Counted from the first letter of the stretch, positions 1 to 9,093 are shown. The stretch: 32,000 bases of DNA from an archaeon (GCA_024275415.1 JAJRZD010000043.1:120001-152000), one strand, 5' to 3'. A program made the numbers and translations. The notes: a model not told the origin generated them from the sequence alone.

Positions 1-769
1 CGACAGGTCTAGAGGTTGCCGTTGATACAGTAAGAAAAACGTCCTTCCATGGTTCAAGGGTTCGGTTCTCGACCAGAGCGACCCTACGAAACATTGTCTT
101 TTCCGAAAGCAAATCCACATCGTACGATGGGTTCCATCCGGCACCTTGGCACTGGTAGGTGACATACAACTCAATCTCTGATTCCTGAGTGACATCCAAC
201 GAGATGTCTACACTAAAAGTAACAACCGTTTTTCTCTCGGAATCAATCTGTCCTATATTCCTCCTCACAACTTCGATTTGGGTGGATACTTCCTCCGCTC
301 CCTGATTGAGTTCCTGTAGTTTGTCGTAGGTTTCTTCCGCAAGCGAAGTAGCACGTGCATCCATAACCTCAAGTGCTTTGATTTCCACCTCTTGTGCTGC
401 GAATGCTTGGCCAAAGAGTCCGCTGAACTCTGCAGTCATAGTATTGATGTGTTCGAGCCGGTGATTGTACACATCGATTTCATCATTGATCGCAGCAAGT
501 TTCTTTTCCAGTGACCTGAGTTCCGCATACAAGTCCTCCGCATCATCATCAGGTTCGCATACCCTCTCCACCCTTCGTACATCGATGGTGGATAAAGAAG
601 CTGGTCCCTTACCTTTGACACGAAAGCTGTCCTCTTGTGCAAGATTCGTGATGTCTGGGACAACTATCTTATGAGGTCCCGGACTAAGCTTGATTCTGCC
701 GACTCTAGTCACTCGAGCTCCATCACGGAACACAGTAACCTTCTCAATTTTTGTTGATAAACTGGTCAA
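1..769 (-). CDS. DUF4139/DUF4140 (MuiA/TIGR02231-like) family protein, N-terminal part; runs off the window edge
   Basis: Translated manually because it is absent from the ORF track. TTG start at 769 gives LTSLSTKIEKVTVFRDGARVTR, then a coiled-coil segment, then YVTYQCQGAGWNPSYD and VENRTLEPWKDVFLTVSTATS. These match the family's VTVF..GA.V.R, A.W.P.YD and N.T.E.W..V.L..ST motifs. No stop before position 1. Confidence 0.85.
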   Translation of the reverse strand, partial: MTSLSTKIEKVTVFRDGARVTRVGRIKLSPGPHKIVVPDITNLAQEDSFRVKGKGPASLSTIDVRRVERVCEPDDDAEDLYAELRSLEKKLAAINDEIDVYNHRLEHINTMTAEFSGLFGQAFAAQEVEIKALEVMDARATSLAEETYDKLQELNQGAEEVSTQIEVVRRNIGQIDSERKTVVTFSVDISLDVTQESEIELYVTYQCQGAGWNPSYDVDLLSEKTMFRRVALVENRTLEPWKDVFLTVSTATSRPV

Positions 770-878
770 GAGTGATCGCCCCAGATTAATCAGTCTTTGA
801 ACGAGAACACTTAAGAAACTTGATACACTGTATTCGCTGTTATCGAAGCTCGCTACAGTTTTTCCTTATAACCACTGG

Positions 879-2315
879 CTATATCGCTAACAACACATCG
901 TATTTTGCCACAAGTGCTTTCATCTGGTCGTGCAACTTTTGCTGGACCTGCGAGTCTAGAGAAGATTCTGTCTTCTCCTCAAGTATGGCGTTGACATGTT
1001 CCTGTGCACGTTCAAATGTCGAGGTTCTCCCCGTATCGTCTTGCGACTCCTTGTACTTTCTATCAATGACATCCGATGGCATGAGATGCTCCCCTCGGAG
1101 TTTCTTGGACGTGTGACGTTGCTTGAGGAAATCCCCAGTGTGACCGACCTTCTCCATCAGATTAGTTATGATGTCAAAGTCATCAAAGTCAATGCCTCGG
1201 GCCAATCTTAGAGCTGAGCCGCATATCTCGTTATCAATGACAAGTTTTTCCAACGACAGGCAATTGATGTATGCCAGTGTACCGGGTCCTGATATCACGT
1301 TGACTCTTGAAACCGCACCGATGACTAGTCCCACCGCTGATTCGAAGCCCAGTTGGGTGTCGATAGCTTTTGCATCGGATACTCCGAGATAGGCATGAGT
1401 AGGAATCCCGTAATGCTTACCCATTTCTGAGGCAGCACACGCTGTCATCACAGTTTCAATGGCACCATACGCAGGCGTAGCATACCTCATGTCCAAGGGA
1501 GCTGGAGCCCCACCATATACAACGGGAGAACCTGCGTTGGCAATCTGCGACATGACGATTCCGCTCAGGATTTCAGCGTTCACCTGTGCGATAGTGCCTG
1601 CGATGGTGATTGGACTGGTCGCACCCATCAACGGTGCTGGGACAATCTCTGCTGGTATCCCCATGTTGGCACAGTCAATCAAGTTCTGTGCAGAAGTATC
1701 TCCCCATGTCAATGGCGATGTGGGACAACAGTCGAAGATGGCACAGGGTTTTTCTGACAGATTGCCATTCCGGTCAAATACCTTAATGAGCTCGATCATG
1801 TCAGCGAGTCCTTCCTTTCGAAAAGCTCCTGTGATAATGGGTTTTGACGAATGCTTCAGGACTAGGTATAACCTATAGAAATCTGAGATCACATGCGGGA
1901 TGTCAGAAGGGATTATCGCTGTGCTTTGTGCCTCGATGTTTGCCAGTCTATCGGTGACGATGATGGCATCTTCAAGATCTTGAGATGTTGCCTTTCGCAT
2001 CTCTCCAGTATCACGATCCATGAAATTGGGTACTGAAGAGCCTGGGTTGTACAGGATGCGGTCATTACCTACTGTGGTTACCTTCACTCCATCGCGAGAA
2101 AACAGATCGAAATGATTAGGAACACTTTTGATACAATCGCCCACGAGAGAGGCCGGGAACCTAACTAATTCACCGGTCACAGAACACCCTGCACTAGCAA
2201 GTAGGTCTCTTGCAGTCGTGTTCTTGACCATGACCCCCACTTTTGCAAGGATTTCTAAAGACCTGTCATGGATCAGGTTCTTCTCATCGTCCGAAAGAAA
2301 ATGCATCCGTACCAT
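879..2315 (-). CDS. Trimethylamine methyltransferase (MttB/MtgB) superfamily protein, non-pyrrolysine type
   Basis: The 481-aa ORF has family motifs (LCGPTSPL-like CCPTSPLTW, GATSPITIAG, GSPVVYGG, SDAK..D.Q.G.E, SLEKLVIDNEI, GHTGDFL..RHT) and no in-frame TAG. Start is either TTG 2324 or ATG 2315; a TATA-like element at about 2344-2349 on the minus strand favours 2315. Confidence 0.88.
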   Translation of the reverse strand: MVRMHFLSDDEKNLIHDRSLEILAKVGVMVKNTTARDLLASAGCSVTGELVRFPASLVGDCIKSVPNHFDLFSRDGVKVTTVGNDRILYNPGSSVPNFMDRDTGEMRKATSQDLEDAIIVTDRLANIEAQSTAIIPSDIPHVISDFYRLYLVLKHSSKPIITGAFRKEGLADMIELIKVFDRNGNLSEKPCAIFDCCPTSPLTWGDTSAQNLIDCANMGIPAEIVPAPLMGATSPITIAGTIAQVNAEILSGIVMSQIANAGSPVVYGGAPAPLDMRYATPAYGAIETVMTACAASEMGKHYGIPTHAYLGVSDAKAIDTQLGFESAVGLVIGAVSRVNVISGPGTLAYINCLSLEKLVIDNEICGSALRLARGIDFDDFDIITNLMEKVGHTGDFLKQRHTSKKLRGEHLMPSDVIDRKYKESQDDTGRTSTFERAQEHVNAILEEKTESSLDSQVQQKLHDQMKALVAKYDVLLAI

Positions 2316-2506
2316 TGTACTCAAAAGTGCAGTCCTCTCGCAGATATAGTTTCGCTACAGCTGCTGTCGGTTCTTGTTAACTCTCAGGACTTCATCTTTA
2401 TTCTGAAAAAACAAAGAGATCCCAAGTAGAAGACGCCCAAGTGGCGAGAAACATGAAACTCGTCATGTCCATTTTTTTTCTACTGGGATCTTGTACTCGT
2501 TAGAAA

Positions 2507-5500
2507 CTATTCCCTGAATTCATTCCTTCCATCCACTGAGATATTCACAACAGCGAAGTTCTCAATGTGCAAAGGTGTGGTTCCACCGGAATTGCTGGCG
2601 CCGGGAGTCGGAACACTGAACGTGACCCATGTAGAACCTCCGTCAGTCTGGCGACCATAACTCGTATCATCAGCGGAGCTGCTGTACGTATAGCTATCCA
2701 ACACTGTTGTGCCATCAGGCTTGATGAAATTGACCGTGTCACCAGCGTTGTTTAGTGCGATGCCAGTAGTACTCTGGTAGAAGACGATGAACCCGTATGC
2801 AGGTATCGTCGTTCCAGCTGGGATAGTGTATGCGCCTGTCCCTCCAGTGGTGATGTCATCAAGTATGTAGCCTGAGATGTCAACAGTGACACCTGACGGG
2901 TTATAGAGCTCAATCCACTCTTCGCTATAGAGCGATAGCGGGTCAGGGAGGAACTCGTTCAGCACGACTAGGTCAGCAAGATTTGAACTGCCTCCGTTGG
3001 ACTCGCCAGGAGTGGGAGTGTTGAATGTTATCCAATTCGCTGCGCCATCCGTTTCTCTGCCATAGCTGACATCATCAGTAGAGCTGGAATAGGAGTAGCT
3101 ATCCAGTACCGTTGTCCCATCAGGCTTCAGGAAGTTCACTGTGTCGCCTGCATTGTTCAATGCGATACCAGTAGTACTCTGGTAGAAGACTATGAACCCA
3201 TAGGCGGGCACTGTCGTTCCAGCAGGGATGGTATAGGCACCAGTCCCTCCAGATGTGATGTCATCAAGCACATAGCCAGACAAATCGACTGCCGTATCAG
3301 AGGGGTTGTACAGTTCAATCCATTCTTCTGTGTACAACGATAGCGGGTCGGGTAGGAATTCGTTCAAGACCACAACGTCAGCAGTAGCACCTGGAGGTGT
3401 ATTGGACTCGCCAGGGGTAGGAGTGTCGAAGGTGATCCAGTTCGCACCGCCATCTGTTTCTCGACCATAGCTAACATCATCAGCAGAGCTGGAATAGGAA
3501 TAGCTGTCTAGAACTGTTGTGCCATCAGGCTGGATGAAGTTGACTGTATCCCCTGCATTGTTCAGTGCAATGCCTGTTGTGCTCTGATAGAACACGATGA
3601 ATCCGTTGGCTGGGATTGTTGTACCGGCTGGGATAGTATAGGCACCAGTCCCTCCAGTGGTGATGTCATCGAGTACGTAACCCGACACATCGACTGACAC
3701 ATCCGAAGGATTGTACAGTTCAATCCACTCCTCTGTGTACAGCGATAGCGGGTCGGGGAGGAACTCGTTCAACACGACCAGATCAGCAAGGTTCGATGTA
3801 CCTCCATTAGACGCACCCGGAGTCGGGGTATCAAAGGTCACCCATGTGGATCCCCCATCAACCTCTCTGCCATGGCTTACATCGTTCGCCGATGATGAGT
3901 ACGAGTAACTGTCAACGACTGTTGCGCCATCGGGCTTCAGTAGATTGACATCATCGCCAGCGTTGTTCAGCGTGATGCCTGTTGTACTCTGGTAGAAGAC
4001 CATGAAACCACGTGCAGGGATCACTGTTCCCGCTGGTATCGTGTACGGACTTGTCCCTCCACCAATCAGGTCATCAAGGACGTAGCCTGAGAGGTCTGCA
4101 TCGACATCTTGAGGGTTATAGAGCTCAATCCACTCCTCAGTATAAACAACATCGGGGTCTGGAAGGAACTCGTTGATTACTACAAGATCTGCACTGCCGC
4201 CACCACCGCCGCCAGCATCAGTAGTCGCCACAGCTGGGTCAGATTTGAGTCCTTCATTTAGACTCGTGTCCACCGCCGAAACCTCATAGGTGTACTGTGT
4301 ACTCGCAGCCAATCCCGTATCACTATAAGATGTACCATACACCTGTGCTATCTGTGCCCCGTCTCGATAGATGCGATAGAACGAAAGATCAGGCTCAGAG
4401 TTAGGACTCCATGAGAGGTCTATCTGGGACGAGCTGGCGGGTGTTGCGCTCAGTCCTGTGACCTTTGCTGGAGGAATGGTGTCCGAGGGCTGGGTCGAGT
4501 TCCACGCAATGAACACATCCACAGAGTAGTGGTCAGAACCGGTGTCAGCAGTAGGAGTGTCACCGGTGGTGGAATTGATGAGCTTGCCATTGAAGAACGA
4601 GTTCACCACGATATAGTCAATCCTTGAAGTGTAGGTCGGGTTCTGATGACCATATGTATAGCCGGGAATTGTCGGGTTCAAACTTCTGAACACATCAGTG
4701 AATGTATGTACCTTGGAAGAGTACTGACCATAGGTAGGGTCTCCTGGATAGAGCTTCATTGTCATAGGGCCATAGCCCAAATCACCCAGAGGTGCAAGAT
4801 CACCAGTGTCATCGGGTGAGAATGAGTTAAGGTCACCCATGTACATGATCGGCACATTGCCCAAGTTGTCCATGTAATTGATGATGCCTTCTGTTTCCCT
4901 TTCTCGTCTCCACTCATTAGTGGCTCCAGATATTGCCTTGAGATGCGCCCCGATGATATGGACAGTAGTTCCATCTATATCAACCGCTGCATCGATGAAA
5001 TCATGGGTAACATCGTAGTCGCTATTGTCATCCAATGGAACCAATGGGATTTGTGTGAACTGGATGATGGGGAATCTGCTGAGGATGGCAGCTCCACTTG
5101 TCGAATAGGTTATCCCTTGGGCGCAATAGCCCGTGTAGGGAGCCTCATTCACGAAATACGCATTGAATTCATCAATGACCGAGTTCAGAATAAGGTCGTT
5201 GTTGTCATCCCATGTACCCGTTTCGATTGCGACAAGGATGTCGGGGTTCTCCTCCTTCACGACCTGTTTCCAGTCAGCATTGGCTCCACCAGCTTCGATA
5301 TTATAGGTCATGACCTTGAAGGCACTAGTCGTGGTCGCCGCACGCGATCCCGCACTGTTGTCCACGGTCACACTGATGGTATCCTCTCCCCAATTCTTTG
5401 CCTTGTCCTTTGCACGACAGGTTATGCTATACGTCCCATCATTCTCTAACATCGTGTCCCATTGATACGTGCTCTGGGTATCAACGAGTACCGAGTCGAT

Positions 5501-5713
5501 ATAGATCTCGTAGGCGGTTATAGGACTATCATCCGTTGCATCGAACGAAATTGTGACAGTACCAGAAACCGTAGCCCCAGCAGCGGGACTTGTTATATTT
5601 ATCACTGGTGCAGTGGTATCCTTTGGAGGCTTTGCAGCCAGCAATGGTGTCATGACCAGTGATAGGAGCATAGTACCTAAAATGACGATTACTACAAATC
5701 GAATTTTCCGCAA
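2507..5713 (-). CDS. Secreted modular nuclease: signal peptide, Ig-like domain, endonuclease/exonuclease/phosphatase (EEP) domain, fibronectin type III domain, 4 lamin-tail domains
   Basis: EEP motifs VMTYNI, AIE, HLKA, MGDLNS, RIDY and SDH lie at about 4503-5320. An Ig-like DTTAP...VTVDN segment and an FN3-like LSW...YTYEVSAVD segment are present, followed by four LTD units (INE...EWIELYN...PTPG). Likely start is TTG 5713 (MRKIRFVVIVILGTMLLSLV, signal-like) preceded by GGAG; the ORF track extends to 5788. Confidence 0.85.
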   Translation of the reverse strand: MRKIRFVVIVILGTMLLSLVMTPLLAAKPPKDTTAPVINITSPAAGATVSGTVTISFDATDDSPITAYEIYIDSVLVDTQSTYQWDTMLENDGTYSITCRAKDKAKNWGEDTISVTVDNSAGSRAATTTSAFKVMTYNIEAGGANADWKQVVKEENPDILVAIETGTWDDNNDLILNSVIDEFNAYFVNEAPYTGYCAQGITYSTSGAAILSRFPIIQFTQIPLVPLDDNSDYDVTHDFIDAAVDIDGTTVHIIGAHLKAISGATNEWRRERETEGIINYMDNLGNVPIMYMGDLNSFSPDDTGDLAPLGDLGYGPMTMKLYPGDPTYGQYSSKVHTFTDVFRSLNPTIPGYTYGHQNPTYTSRIDYIVVNSFFNGKLINSTTGDTPTADTGSDHYSVDVFIAWNSTQPSDTIPPAKVTGLSATPASSSQIDLSWSPNSEPDLSFYRIYRDGAQIAQVYGTSYSDTGLAASTQYTYEVSAVDTSLNEGLKSDPAVATTDAGGGGGGSADLVVINEFLPDPDVVYTEEWIELYNPQDVDADLSGYVLDDLIGGGTSPYTIPAGTVIPARGFMVFYQSTTGITLNNAGDDVNLLKPDGATVVDSYSYSSSANDVSHGREVDGGSTWVTFDTPTPGASNGGTSNLADLVVLNEFLPDPLSLYTEEWIELYNPSDVSVDVSGYVLDDITTGGTGAYTIPAGTTIPANGFIVFYQSTTGIALNNAGDTVNFIQPDGTTVLDSYSYSSSADDVSYGRETDGGANWITFDTPTPGESNTPPGATADVVVLNEFLPDPLSLYTEEWIELYNPSDTAVDLSGYVLDDITSGGTGAYTIPAGTTVPAYGFIVFYQSTTGIALNNAGDTVNFLKPDGTTVLDSYSYSSSTDDVSYGRETDGAANWITFNTPTPGESNGGSSNLADLVVLNEFLPDPLSLYSEEWIELYNPSGVTVDISGYILDDITTGGTGAYTIPAGTTIPAYGFIVFYQSTTGIALNNAGDTVNFIKPDGTTVLDSYTYSSSADDTSYGRQTDGGSTWVTFSVPTPGASNSGGTTPLHIENFAVVNISVDGRNEFRE
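2591..4192 (-). repeat. Four tandem intragenic 387-bp repeats (lamin-tail domains), 405-bp period
   Basis: Units lie at 3806-4192, 3401-3787, 2996-3382 and 2591-2977, each 129 codons, separated by 18-bp linkers. Protein near-identity and clear DNA similarity are visible directly. Confidence 0.92.
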
Positions 5714-5885
5714 ACCACGCGCTCTCCTGTGGGGCTCCAATACGACATAGTAGTAATAAGAGTTTTGAGCAGGACGAATCATTGCCACACTTCCAAATAT
5801 TACCCAGTTGTGGTACTTGTGGCAATCCTGTCAGGTTTCACATTGTTTTTGAATGTCTAGTCCTTGACAATGACGGGTAATAGAC

Positions 5886-7103
5886 TTGCGAAGATGGCGA
5901 ATTGCTACTGAAGATGAGATTAAACAAGGCCGGACAACAGACATCTACTTTGAACGGACTCTGGAGGTTCTAAGGGCAGAAGGTGTGAACCCACTCGTCC
6001 ATATCGAGGCGACTGTTTCGGGCATCCCGGCGGGGATGGACTGGGGTGTCATTGCTGGGGTGAATGACATACTACGCCTGTTTGAAGGGACAGCTGTAGA
6101 CATCTATGGTCTTGAAGAGGGGACAGTGTTCTACCCTCGGGATGGGAAAGGAGTCCGTACCCCTGTCCTGGCCATCGAGGGCCCATACCAAGAGTTTGCT
6201 ACTCTTGAAACCCCGTTGCTCGGCTTCCTGTGTCATACTTCAGGAATGGTTTCTAGGACCGCCCATATCCGTGTAGCGTGTGGTGACAAGGCACTGCTCT
6301 CATTCGGGGCACGAAGAACCCATCCGGCTATAACTCCTCAAGTGGAATATGCAGCTTTCATCGGAGGTTGTGATGGCGTGTCTTGTGTTCTCGGTGCAGA
6401 GATGTTGGGCATTCAGGCATCCGGAACAATGCCCCATGCTCTCATCATCGCTTTTCAGGATCATGTAAGAGCATGGCAGGCTTATGATTCTCATATGCCC
6501 AAGGATATTGCTAGGATTGCCCTGACAGATACCTATCTAGATGAGGTGTACGAGTCACTATTGGCCGCCGATAACGTCAAACAACTTGAAGGTGTTCGCC
6601 TCGATACCACGAGCAGCCGCCGGGGAAACTTCAAGGACATCATCCGAGAAGTTAGATGGGAACTCGACATCCGCGGACACAAAGATGTGAAGATATTCAT
6701 TAGTGGTGGTCTAGACATCGAGTCTATCAACGAACTGCGAATCCCAGAGGTGGACGGCTTCGGGGTCGGTGGTGCAATCAGCAATTCGCCATCCATCGAT
6801 TTCGCAATGGACATTGTATCGATCAAGAAAGACGGTGTCTGGGAGCCCTCTGCGAAACGTGGGAAGTTCTCGGGCAGAAAGACAGCGTGGCAGTGCAAGG
6901 GATGCCTGTCCATGGCTACGACACTACTTGATTCTGAGCCTCCACTATGTGAGGTCTGTGGCAAACCGATGCAACCAGCCACCAAGAAACTGATGGAAGG
7001 CGGTCAGATATTGGACGCCCCCAAGAACCCGACGGAGATCAGAAACCATGTGCTGAAACAGCTCGACATTTTGAAACGACGTGAGGAGGCAAGTACAAAA
7101 TGA
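5886..7103 (+). CDS. pncB: Nicotinate phosphoribosyltransferase (archaeal type) with C-terminal Zn-ribbon
   Basis: Motifs TDIYF, SFGARRTHP, GTMPHA, LTDTY, GVRLD, IFISGGLD, DGFGVG and AKRGKFSGRK are present. The C-terminus carries CKGC...CEVC. Confidence 0.92.
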   Translation: MRRWRIATEDEIKQGRTTDIYFERTLEVLRAEGVNPLVHIEATVSGIPAGMDWGVIAGVNDILRLFEGTAVDIYGLEEGTVFYPRDGKGVRTPVLAIEGPYQEFATLETPLLGFLCHTSGMVSRTAHIRVACGDKALLSFGARRTHPAITPQVEYAAFIGGCDGVSCVLGAEMLGIQASGTMPHALIIAFQDHVRAWQAYDSHMPKDIARIALTDTYLDEVYESLLAADNVKQLEGVRLDTTSSRRGNFKDIIREVRWELDIRGHKDVKIFISGGLDIESINELRIPEVDGFGVGGAISNSPSIDFAMDIVSIKKDGVWEPSAKRGKFSGRKTAWQCKGCLSMATTLLDSEPPLCEVCGKPMQPATKKLMEGGQILDAPKNPTEIRNHVLKQLDILKRREEASTK

Positions 7104-7651
7104 CTGACACGGCAATCCTAGTGATTGACATGCTGAATGACTTCGTACATGACGGTGGTTCACTTGTTGTACCAAAGGCAAAAGACCTCATCCCGAATCA
7201 AAGACAAATTCTTGAATTTGCACGGGAGAGAGATATGCTCATTGTATATCTCACGGACAGCCACCTCCCCGACGACCCAGAGTTCGAGATGTGGCCTACC
7301 CATGCGGTGCAGGGAACCGATGGTGCACGAGTCATCGATGAGCTATCCCCTCAAGAAGGTGACCGCGTCATTCCAAAACGAAAGTATTCAGGGTTCTATG
7401 AAACAGATCTTGACAGTACATTGAGGGAGAAGCATATCGAGCGTGTGATTCTCATTGGCGTTCTTACCGATATCTGTGTGATGTATACATCTGCTGATGC
7501 ATCCGCGAGAGGATATCAAGTCTACATAGTTGATGATGCAACTGGAAGCTCATCCGAGAAAAACCACAAGTTCGCAATCGAACACATCAAGTCCGTACAT
7601 GGAGCGGTCGTGCTTTCCACTCCTGAACTAATCACGATGCTTGAATCATAG
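7100..7651 (+). CDS. pncA: Nicotinamidase / isochorismatase-family cysteine hydrolase
   Basis: Motifs ILVIDMLNDF, D.H, WPTHAVQGT, KRKYSGF and GVLTDICV (catalytic D-K-C). ATGA overlap with pncB supports the nicotinamidase call. Confidence 0.85.
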   Translation: MTDTAILVIDMLNDFVHDGGSLVVPKAKDLIPNQRQILEFARERDMLIVYLTDSHLPDDPEFEMWPTHAVQGTDGARVIDELSPQEGDRVIPKRKYSGFYETDLDSTLREKHIERVILIGVLTDICVMYTSADASARGYQVYIVDDATGSSSEKNHKFAIEHIKSVHGAVVLSTPELITMLES

Positions 7652-7903
7652 GTTCTCAGAGAAGGAAGTCCTCTCATCGCTTCGGTACACTTTCCAATAG
7701 TATCCTACATATGCGAGGTAGACAAGTGAGAACGCCATTGCTGCCAGAGCAGTATGAAGAGGTTCGAACTGGATGAAACCGTAATATGCAAGAAGATATG
7801 CAACAGTCGGTGTAAGAACGAATGTGATAATCGCGTATTGCGGGAACGTATAGAATGGTCTGGTTCGTGGCTGGTATCTCTTTTCTTGTTGCTCGTTAGA
7901 CAT
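7646..7903 (-). CDS. Small membrane protein, hypothetical (about 2-3 TM)
   Basis: MSNEQQEKRYQPRTRPF is followed by hydrophobic segments and a basic/acidic tail. It converges on pncA with a 6-bp stop overlap. The ORF track starts at 7915. Confidence 0.55.
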   Translation of the reverse strand: MSNEQQEKRYQPRTRPFYTFPQYAIITFVLTPTVAYLLAYYGFIQFEPLHTALAAMAFSLVYLAYVGYYWKVYRSDERTSFSENL

Positions 7904-8051
7904 TACAATCATCAATCTATTGGTGTGATGTGCCTTTAGCCTATGGATAGTGACATACTGGTTCGAAAAACCAGCAATATACGCACCCGGATAGAAAGTC
8001 TGAACTGCTCGTCTATCTGGTTTGAGCTAAAATACGATCCATGATACGAAA

Positions 8052-8178
8052 CATCGACAATTTATCCGCTCAAGAAGGTGACTGCGCCATCCCAAAGCAA
8101 AAGTGCTCTGGATTCCAGTGGGCTAGCATCGGACATGCTCCAATGGAGGGACATATCGAGGGAATGCTCCTCACCGGT
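8052..8178 (+). pseudogene. Decayed internal fragment paralogous to pncA
   Basis: Colinear with pncA 7333-7459 at a constant 719-bp offset. IDNLSAQEGDCAIPKQKCSGF aligns to IDELSPQEGDRVIPKRKYSGF, and HIEGMLLTG to HIERVILIG. About 50 of the first 64 nt are identical by eye. The N-terminal DMLND motif is absent. Confidence 0.75.
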
Positions 8179-8454
8179 GAAGGATTCGGTAATCCTGCGA
8201 GTAAGAGCATTAGTAACTGCCTGCAACCGTTTATTGTAAGTTGTACAATCCTGGACACCAGAGTGTTGTACTCCCAGAGAACGGTACTGGGTGGACTCTG
8301 TGAGATCCTACGTGTGTCATGGATGGTCTCACTGAGTATGTCTCGTCAAAACTATACAAACACCCACAACAAGATGACCATGATCGTCTAGGTATTATAC
8401 AGCTGTTGTCAACCCATAAATGAACATTAAATACATCTCACGTCATAATGGACA

Positions 8455-9093
8455 ATGGTTGGTGATACAATGAACCCCAATGACAGGACGAATAATAGAA
8501 GCCTCAAGATTGAGGCATTTCGTTGTCCCAATTGTGGAGCACCCTTGAAAAGCAGGTATCTCACGAATTGCCCAAACTGTGGGGTAGAGCTTAGAATTGA
8601 GGAGGAATCAGACATTGTTATGGAAGTTGATGTGTTAGACTCGGGCATCTTCGACCCCGAGAATGTATGGTTACTCACTGATATTGTGGCAAAAGCCAAC
8701 TTTAGGTTTGAAGGTAAATTGCGAGAGTTGGAGCAAGATGTGCGGTTCAATGTAATGAGGGGACGACCGTGGAAGAACGAGGATATTGAATACATGAAGG
8801 AAATAAAGCGATTGCTAGACGCTGGAGTCATAAGACGAACAACAAGTTATTGGTTTGGTAGCCCGTTTCCAACAATCTTCAAGGCAATCAAGGACGGGTT
8901 AATGACAGTTGGAGGAAAGAAGTACAAGTTCAAAGATGGAGATGAAATCGTGTGGCAATGTCAGATGAGCCGTGAAGCGCAAGGGCTAGATGGCCCAGTA
9001 TTCATCGGTAGACTGTCTCCTAGGGCTATGGCTCATCTATGTAAACAGATGGAAAGCTCGATGAAAGCTGCTGGCAGACTTATGGAGATGTGA
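8455..9093 (+). CDS. Hypothetical protein: N-terminal Zn-ribbon (CPNCG...CPNCG) plus an unassigned domain shared with the next gene
   Basis: 212-aa ORF with two CxxC motifs. Its C-terminal 118 aa align without gaps to 9090-9593. Confidence 0.75.
   Translation: MVGDTMNPNDRTNNRSLKIEAFRCPNCGAPLKSRYLTNCPNCGVELRIEEESDIVMEVDVLDSGIFDPENVWLLTDIVAKANFRFEGKLRELEQDVRFNVMRGRPWKNEDIEYMKEIKRLLDAGVIRRTTSYWFGSPFPTIFKAIKDGLMTVGGKKYKFKDGDEIVWQCQMSREAQGLDGPVFIGRLSPRAMAHLCKQMESSMKAAGRLMEM

Noticed and set aside
879-2324. Pyrrolysine (amber) recoding in the MttB homolog
   Set aside because: The ORF is continuous with no in-frame TAG, and no pyl genes are in the window.
2591-4192. Near-identical repeats as a diversity-generating retroelement template/variable pair or a CRISPR array
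   Set aside because: The repeats are in-frame 387-bp protein domains. Differences look mostly synonymous rather than adenine-specific, there is no reverse transcriptase or cas gene, and there is no short repeat-spacer pattern.
2591-4192. Lamin-tail domains as evidence of a nuclear lamin ancestor
   Set aside because: LTDs are widespread in secreted prokaryotic hydrolases, and there is no intermediate-filament coiled coil here.
7958-7974. GGTTCGA T-loop-like hairpin (also at 14072) suggesting a tRNA or an att site
   Set aside because: There is no cloverleaf, acceptor stem or GGTTCRAATCC context. These are short hairpins only, and the two differ in loop length.
8041-8391. 116-aa ORF as a real gene
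   Set aside because: Only its first ~45 codons are explained, as a pncA remnant. The rest has no motif and no clear ribosome-binding site.
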